Shown here in pieces: positions 58,506 through 64,000 of a stretch of DNA of 64,000 nucleotides. The notes beneath the pieces were generated by a model. The model had not been told where the DNA came from, searched no databases, and worked only from the letters and a program-made list of their open reading frames with translations. Numbering within the stretch: position 1 is the stretch's first letter; every line of letters starts with the position of its first letter. The stretch comes from Escherichia coli (GTDB lineage: Bacteria; Pseudomonadota; Gammaproteobacteria; Enterobacterales; Enterobacteriaceae). Both the position numbers and the translations under genes were made by a program. The stretch is from the NCBI RefSeq assembly GCF_003334385.1, contig NZ_QOWN01000007.1. One strand, given 5' to 3'.

Positions 58506-59486
58506 TTACTTCGCGTTGTAATTACGCAGAGCGTTACGCCCCAAGACAATCCCCGCGCCAACCATGCCGCCCAGCAGCACCGCCAGAATCAAGGTAATTG
58601 CCTTTTTCGGGCTATCGCGACGAATAGGTAACGTCGGTTTCATCACATAACGGTAAGCATGAATATCAAGATCATCAACCTTTAAGTTTTCGATATCCAG
58701 CAGGTTTTGACGTGTCTGATAGTAGTTTGGTGAGAACACTAACGGACGTGTCGCCTCATGCTTAATCATCGACTCCAGAGCTTCGCTCCCCAAAAGGAAC
58801 AACGTATCTTGCGTCACATCTTCAGTCTGCTGAACCTGTGGCTTTGTCACCTGCGCCTGATTCGCATACTGCAACGCTTCCTGAATCTGACGGATACGCA
58901 GATCTTTCTGCTCCTGCGCAACCACTTCCTGGGTCTTCAGCGAATCCTGCAAGTTTTTCATACGCAGCGCGATGTTGTCTTTCAGGTCTTTTTCCAGTTC
59001 TTCGTTTACCTGGTCGTCAACTTGCTGGATATACTTCGCCAGCTGCTTCTGCGCACCTTCAGGTGTTTCACCAACATAAGACACCGCCAGTGGTAACGGC
59101 TGGTTTTTAACGGTAGGCTCAATGGTCAGCTTCTCTGCTTCTTCCTGGTTATCCAGCGTTTCCGCTAATGCTGAGAATGCAGTGCTGTAACGTCCGATAA
59201 GTGAAGCCTGAATGTCGGAGACTTTCGGTACAGCCGGACCGTAAATCACATTCATCGCGTTGGTATAACCAGCGATTTGCCCCACATCAGGTTGAGTAAC
59301 GATAGCTGTGGAAGTCCACTTTTCTTTGGCAACGGCCAGATACCCTATAGCCAGGGCAATAGCCACAATGACAGAGATGATAATTGTCATCTTGCCACGC
59401 CACAACTGCACCAGTAAATCAATCAAATCAATCTGTTCCGGGTCATGGTTTTGCCCAGAAACATTATTATTTTCTACTCTCATCAT
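58506..59486 (-). CDS. wzzB: O-antigen chain-length determinant Wzz (start approximate; the ORF extends to 59540)
   Basis: Matches WzzB/Cld; two TM segments flanking a periplasmic coiled-coil region. Confidence 0.85.
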   Translation of the reverse strand: MMRVENNNVSGQNHDPEQIDLIDLLVQLWRGKMTIIISVIVAIALAIGYLAVAKEKWTSTAIVTQPDVGQIAGYTNAMNVIYGPAVPKVSDIQASLIGRYSTAFSALAETLDNQEEAEKLTIEPTVKNQPLPLAVSYVGETPEGAQKQLAKYIQQVDDQVNEELEKDLKDNIALRMKNLQDSLKTQEVVAQEQKDLRIRQIQEALQYANQAQVTKPQVQQTEDVTQDTLFLLGSEALESMIKHEATRPLVFSPNYYQTRQNLLDIENLKVDDLDIHAYRYVMKPTLPIRRDSPKKAITLILAVLLGGMVGAGIVLGRNALRNYNAK

Positions 59487-59632
59487 TACCCTAACGGACG
59501 AAATAATTTTAAGTCGCCATAGTTTAGCGATAATCGCCATGAATGCTATAGGATAAATGATAAAAATAATGAATTATTACAAAGGGAACATAAGAGAATC
59601 AGGGCGAAAATCGCCCTGATAACATGATGTTA

Positions 59633-59737
<105 letters not shown>

Positions 59738-59908
59738 CTAATAGTCAGCTTGGAACAGCTTTGATTGTAAAATGAGCACGTTACCAGAAAAAACAGCCAG
59801 GTTTAGAACTGATACCGATTATCTTTTTTTCTTGTCTAACGGTATGATTTAACTTTCAGTTATGCCAGATGAAGATTGGCTATATTCTAGCCTGAGCGAG
59901 GATTATAA

Positions 59909-60913
59909 ATGAAATTTCTGGTTACGGGAGCTGCTGGCTTTATCGGTTTCTATGTAAGTAAACAGCTTCTTGCAGCTGGTCATCAGGTTGTAGGCATTGA
60001 CAACTTAAATGATTATTACGATGTCAACCTCAAACAAGCACGACTTGATTTACTCAAGCACGACAATTTCAGTTTTTATAAAATTGACCTGGCCGATCGC
60101 GAGATAATGGCGGCACTGTTTGCAGACGAGCGGTTCGATCGCGTAATAAACCTCGCTGCGCAAGCCGGTGTACGTTACTCCCTTGAAAATCCCAATGCAT
60201 ATGCAGATGCAAACCTGATTGGATTCCTGAACATACTGGAAGGATGTCGCCATAATAATGTTCGGCATCTACTTTACGCTTCCTCCAGTTCTGTTTATGG
60301 CATGAACCGCAAGATGCCTTTCTCTACAGATGACTCTGTAGATCATCCTGTTTCGCTGTATGCAGCAACTAAAAAGGCGAATGAACTCATGGCCCATACG
60401 TATTCTCATTTGTATGGCTTACCGACCACAGGGCTGCGTTTCTTTACGGTTTATGGTCCATGGGGACGTCCAGATATGGCATTATTTAAATTCACTAAAG
60501 CCATGCTGGAAGGTAAAAGCATTGATGTTTACAACTTCGGCAAAATGAAGCGTGACTTTACTTATATTGATGATATTGCCGAAGCTATTATTCGCTTACA
60601 GGATGTTATTCCAGAAAAAGATCCACAGTGGGCTGTAGAAACAGGCTCGCCAGCAACAAGTTCAGCACCATATCGTGTCTATAACATTGGTAATAGTTCG
60701 CCTGTGGAGTTAATGGATTATATCAATGCCTTAGAAGAGGCTCTGGGTATTGAAGCCAACAAGAATATGATGCCTCTCCAACCCGGTGATGTACTGGAAA
60801 CCAGTGCTGATACAAAAGCACTGTATGACGTAATAGGATTCAAACCTGAAACGTCAGTTAAAGAGGGGGTAAAGAACTTTGTAGAATGGTATCGTAACTT
60901 CTATAAAGTTTGA
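59909..60913 (+). CDS. gla: NAD-dependent UDP-glucuronate 4-epimerase
   Basis: 334 aa SDR-type epimerase (GAAGFIG, YxxxK); location between wzz and ugd as in gla-carrying O-antigen flanks. Symbol is tentative. Confidence 0.7.
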   Translation: MKFLVTGAAGFIGFYVSKQLLAAGHQVVGIDNLNDYYDVNLKQARLDLLKHDNFSFYKIDLADREIMAALFADERFDRVINLAAQAGVRYSLENPNAYADANLIGFLNILEGCRHNNVRHLLYASSSSVYGMNRKMPFSTDDSVDHPVSLYAATKKANELMAHTYSHLYGLPTTGLRFFTVYGPWGRPDMALFKFTKAMLEGKSIDVYNFGKMKRDFTYIDDIAEAIIRLQDVIPEKDPQWAVETGSPATSSAPYRVYNIGNSSPVELMDYINALEEALGIEANKNMMPLQPGDVLETSADTKALYDVIGFKPETSVKEGVKNFVEWYRNFYKV

Positions 60914-60936
60914 TTTTATAAAACCATAATAAATAT

Positions 60937-60960
60937 CCTCCGGCATAGCCGGAGGTTTTT
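60937..60960 (+). terminator. Rho-independent terminator after the epimerase gene (cctccggc ata gccggagg TTTTT)
   Basis: Perfect 8-bp stem plus T-run. Confidence 0.6.
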
Positions 60961-61645
60961 CAAATGCGCCTATAAGGCTCTCTTACCAGCCGCGCCCTAA
61001 CAGGCGCACACGATCTGACATTTGCATCCAACTTCGTTACTTACGGCCCGTAAACGGGCTGCCCGGATAGGGAATCGATAACTGCTCTCCCATTTTATCC
61101 TCTTCAAGCTGGTGCTTTATGTAATCCTGTATCTTCGCCGTGTTCTTACCCACCGTATCGACGTAGTACCCTCTGCACCAGAACTCCCTGTTCCTGTATT
61201 TGAATTTCAAATCACCAAACTGCTCGTAAAGCATCAGACTGCTTTTCTCTTTCAGATATCCCATAAAGCCGGATACGCTCATTTTGGGCGGGATCTCCAC
61301 AAGCATATGGATATGATCTGCACAGCATTCAGCTTCAAGAATCCGTACGCTTTTCCACTCACACAGCTTTCTCAAAATACAGCCTATTGCTCTACGCTTC
61401 TCTCTGTAGAACACTTGTCTTCGGTATTTTGGCGCAAAAACTATGTGATATTTACAGTTCCATCGGGTGTGCGCTAAGCTCTTTTCGTTCCCCATTGGGA
61501 CCCCCTTTTGATTTCTTGTTTGACACTTGCAGTTGCCAGACCGCAAGGTGTTTTAACAAATCAAAAGGGGTTATAATAACTGGCTCAAAGCTGAAAGCTT
61601 TCCGGAACCCCCAGCCTAGCTGGGGGTTTTCTTAGTATGAAACAA
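60961..61645 (-). mobile_element. IS200-family insertion sequence (boundaries approximate)
   Basis: Contains an IS200 tnpA; stem-loop ccccagc/gctgggg near 61596-61614; about 0.7 kb between the epimerase terminator and the ugd stop. Confidence 0.6.
61037..61495 (-). CDS. tnpA: IS200 transposase TnpA (Y1 HUH family), 152 aa from MGNEKSLAHTRW
   Basis: HUH motif (HIHMLVE) and catalytic Tyr region (RGYYVDTVG); near-identical to IS200 TnpA as I recall it. Confidence 0.9.
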   Translation of the reverse strand: MGNEKSLAHTRWNCKYHIVFAPKYRRQVFYREKRRAIGCILRKLCEWKSVRILEAECCADHIHMLVEIPPKMSVSGFMGYLKEKSSLMLYEQFGDLKFKYRNREFWCRGYYVDTVGKNTAKIQDYIKHQLEEDKMGEQLSIPYPGSPFTGRK

Positions 61646-61650
61646 AATAA

Positions 61651-62817
61651 TTAATCATTGCCAAACAAGTCGCGCGTATAAACCTTATCTGCTACATCAG
61701 CCAGATCGGCAGACATACGGTTAGAAATAATAACATCAGCTTCTTGTTTGAACGCATCCAGATCACGTACCACGCGCGAACGGAAAAAATCGACCTCTTT
61801 CATCGCTGGCTCATAAACGATTACTGGCACACCTTTAGCCTTGATTCGCTTCATAATACCCTGAATCGAGGAAGCACGGAAATTGTCTGAACCACTCTTC
61901 ATAATCAAACGATAGACGCCAACAACTTTCGGTTTACGTGCAAGGATAGAATCGGCAATAAAATCTTTGCGCGTGCGGTTGGCGTCAACAATTGCCGAGA
62001 TCAGGTTATTCGGCACAGACTGGTAATTTGCCAGTAACTGCTTAGTATCTTTCGGCAGACAATAACCACCATAACCGAATGACGGGTTGTTGTAGTGATT
62101 ACCGATACGCGGGTCAAGGCATACGCCCTCAATAATCTGGCGTGAATTAAGCCCCAGGCTTTCAGCATAACTATCAAGTTCATTGAAATACGCTACACGC
62201 ATCGCCAGATAGGTGTTGGCAAAAAGTTTAATCGCCTCAGCCTCGGTTGAGTCAGTAAACAATGTTGGTATGTCTTGCTTAATAGCGCCTTCCTGTAATA
62301 ACGCTGCAAAACGTTCTGCGCGGTCGGATTGCTCGCCAATCACAATGCGTGATGGGTGTAAGTTATCATAAAGTGCTTTACCTTCACGCAAAAACTCAGG
62401 CGAAAAGATCACATTTTCAATACCAAACCGTTCTTTAATGGACTCTGTAAAACCAACAGGGATAGTTGATTTTATAATCATTACAGCATTGGGATTAATT
62501 TCTGTCACATCGCGAATGACCGCTTCCACGCTTGAGGTATTAAAATAATTTGTTTTCGGATCATAATCGGTAGGTGTGGCAATAATAACGTAATCGGCAT
62601 TTTTATACGCGTCATACTTATCTGTCGTAGCGCGGAAATTGAGATCTTTAGTCGCCAGATACTCTTCAATCTCCTTATCAACAATCGGTGACTGCTTCTT
62701 GTTAAGCATGTTCACTTTGGCCTGAACGATATCCAGTGCAACCACTTCGTGATTTTGCGCAATCAGAATACCATTTGAAAGACCAACATAACCTGTTCCT
62801 GAAATTGTTATTTTCAT
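61651..62817 (-). CDS. ugd: UDP-glucose 6-dehydrogenase (start at [12 protein letters not shown])
   Basis: 388 aa, matches Ugd. Confidence 0.9.
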   Translation of the reverse strand: MKITISGTGYVGLSNGILIAQNHEVVALDIVQAKVNMLNKKQSPIVDKEIEEYLATKDLNFRATTDKYDAYKNADYVIIATPTDYDPKTNYFNTSSVEAVIRDVTEINPNAVMIIKSTIPVGFTESIKERFGIENVIFSPEFLREGKALYDNLHPSRIVIGEQSDRAERFAALLQEGAIKQDIPTLFTDSTEAEAIKLFANTYLAMRVAYFNELDSYAESLGLNSRQIIEGVCLDPRIGNHYNNPSFGYGGYCLPKDTKQLLANYQSVPNNLISAIVDANRTRKDFIADSILARKPKVVGVYRLIMKSGSDNFRASSIQGIMKRIKAKGVPVIVYEPAMKEVDFFRSRVVRDLDAFKQEADVIISNRMSADLADVADKVYTRDLFGND

Positions 62818-63065
62818 TAGCTCTGACTTCTTCCGGTTAAACATTTAGAGTGGTCATTAATCCACCACCACAACTTCATCTACTGCGGGATTTTTAACGC
62901 TGATGTAGATGAACTGTCAAGGCAGCGATCCTGCTGTGCGGCGCTGTATTATATCGCGTTTTTAACTATAAATTATAAAAAAAGGCCATAACCTGCCGCT
63001 TTGTATAATAAAAAAGCCCGGAGGGTTTCTCCGGGCCTTGTGTTGGTTAATTGATTTAAATCAGA

Positions 63066-64000
63066 TTAATCCAGCCATTCGGTATGGAACACACCGTCTT
63101 TATCAATGCGCTTATAAGTATGCGCACCGAAATAGTCACGCTGTGCCTGGATCAGGTTCGCAGGAAGAACAGCGGCACGGTAGCTATCGTAATAGGCAAC
63201 CGCAGCGGCGAAGGTCGGAACCGGGATACCGTTCTGTACTGCATAAGCAACGACATCACGCAGCGCCTGCTGGTAGTCATCGGCAATTTGCTTGAAGTAC
63301 GGAGCCAGCAGCAGGTTAGCGATCTGCGGATTTTCGGCATATGCATCGGTGATTTTCTGCAGGAACTGCGCACGGATGATGCAGCCAGCACGGAAAATCT
63401 TCGCGATTTCGCCGTAGTTCAGATCCCAGTTGTATTCTTCAGACGCAGCACGCAGCTGAGAGAAGCCCTGAGCGTAAGAAACGATTTTGCCCAGATACAG
63501 CGCACGGCGAATTTTTTCGATGAACTCAGCCTTGTCGCCTGCTGGCTGTGCTTGCGGGCCAGAGAGAACTTTAGATGCGGCAACACGCTGATCTTTCAGA
63601 GAAGAGATATAACGTGCAAACACAGACTCGGTAATCAGCGACAGCGGTTCGCCGAGATCCAGCGCGCTCTGGCTGGTCCATTTACCGGTACCTTTGTTAG
63701 CCGCTTCATCCAGAATCACATCAACCAGGTAGTTACCGTCTTCATCTTTTTTGGTGAAGATATCTTTGGTGATGTCGATCAGGTAACTGCTCAGTTCACC
63801 GTTATTCCACTCGGTAAACGTCTGCGCCAGTTCTTCGTTAGAAAGATTCAGGCCACCTTTAAGCAGAGAATAGGCTTCAGCAATCAGCTGCATATCGCCG
63901 TATTCAATACCGTTGTGAACCATCTTCACATAGTGACCTGCGCCATCGGCACCAATATAGGTAACGCATGGCTCACCGTCTTCAGCCACTGCGGCGATTT
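63066..64000 (-). CDS. gnd: 6-phosphogluconate dehydrogenase, decarboxylating; 3' portion only, 5' end lies beyond the window
   Basis: Translation matches the Gnd C-terminal two-thirds. Confidence 0.9.
   Translation of the reverse strand, partial: IAAVAEDGEPCVTYIGADGAGHYVKMVHNGIEYGDMQLIAEAYSLLKGGLNLSNEELAQTFTEWNNGELSSYLIDITKDIFTKKDEDGNYLVDVILDEAANKGTGKWTSQSALDLGEPLSLITESVFARYISSLKDQRVAASKVLSGPQAQPAGDKAEFIEKIRRALYLGKIVSYAQGFSQLRAASEEYNWDLNYGEIAKIFRAGCIIRAQFLQKITDAYAENPQIANLLLAPYFKQIADDYQQALRDVVAYAVQNGIPVPTFAAAVAYYDSYRAAVLPANLIQAQRDYFGAHTYKRIDKDGVFHTEWLD

Overview
This window looks like Escherichia coli chromosome from the asn-tRNA / cob / his / O-antigen-flank region (core gene order ldtA-cobTSU ... 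yeeX-yeeA-sbmC-dacD-sbcB-yeeDE-plaP-yeeYZ-yoeB/yefM-hisLGDCBHAFI-wzzB-ugd-gnd), with several accessory blocks. From left to right: (1) a 5'-truncated rhs C-terminal toxin module with a putative signal-peptide immunity gene; (2) an AT-rich, translationally coupled two-gene operon on the minus strand (1334 aa + 708 aa) that I cannot assign to any family I know. The large protein has a verified P-loop and a distant Walker B, and a C-terminal PD-(D/E)xK-like motif; this is the best candidate for an undescribed defence/conflict system. It is bounded on the right by a 17-nt copy of the tRNA-Asn 3' end (att-like scar); (3) two galactitol-family PTS sugar cassettes with DeoR and SorC regulators; (4) cobUST preceded by a cobalamin riboswitch in a cbi-deletion scar; (5) a Salmonella-type pocR-pduF / pduABCDEGHJKLMNOPQSTUV propanediol microcompartment locus where K-12 carries prophage CP4-44, with an in-frame TAA stop inside pduG and no pduW/pduX; (6) an IS200 copy between a UDP-glucuronate 4-epimerase gene and ugd. 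All calls are from reading the sequence and ORF translations by eye; no database search was run, and gene names rest on recalled protein sequences and synteny.
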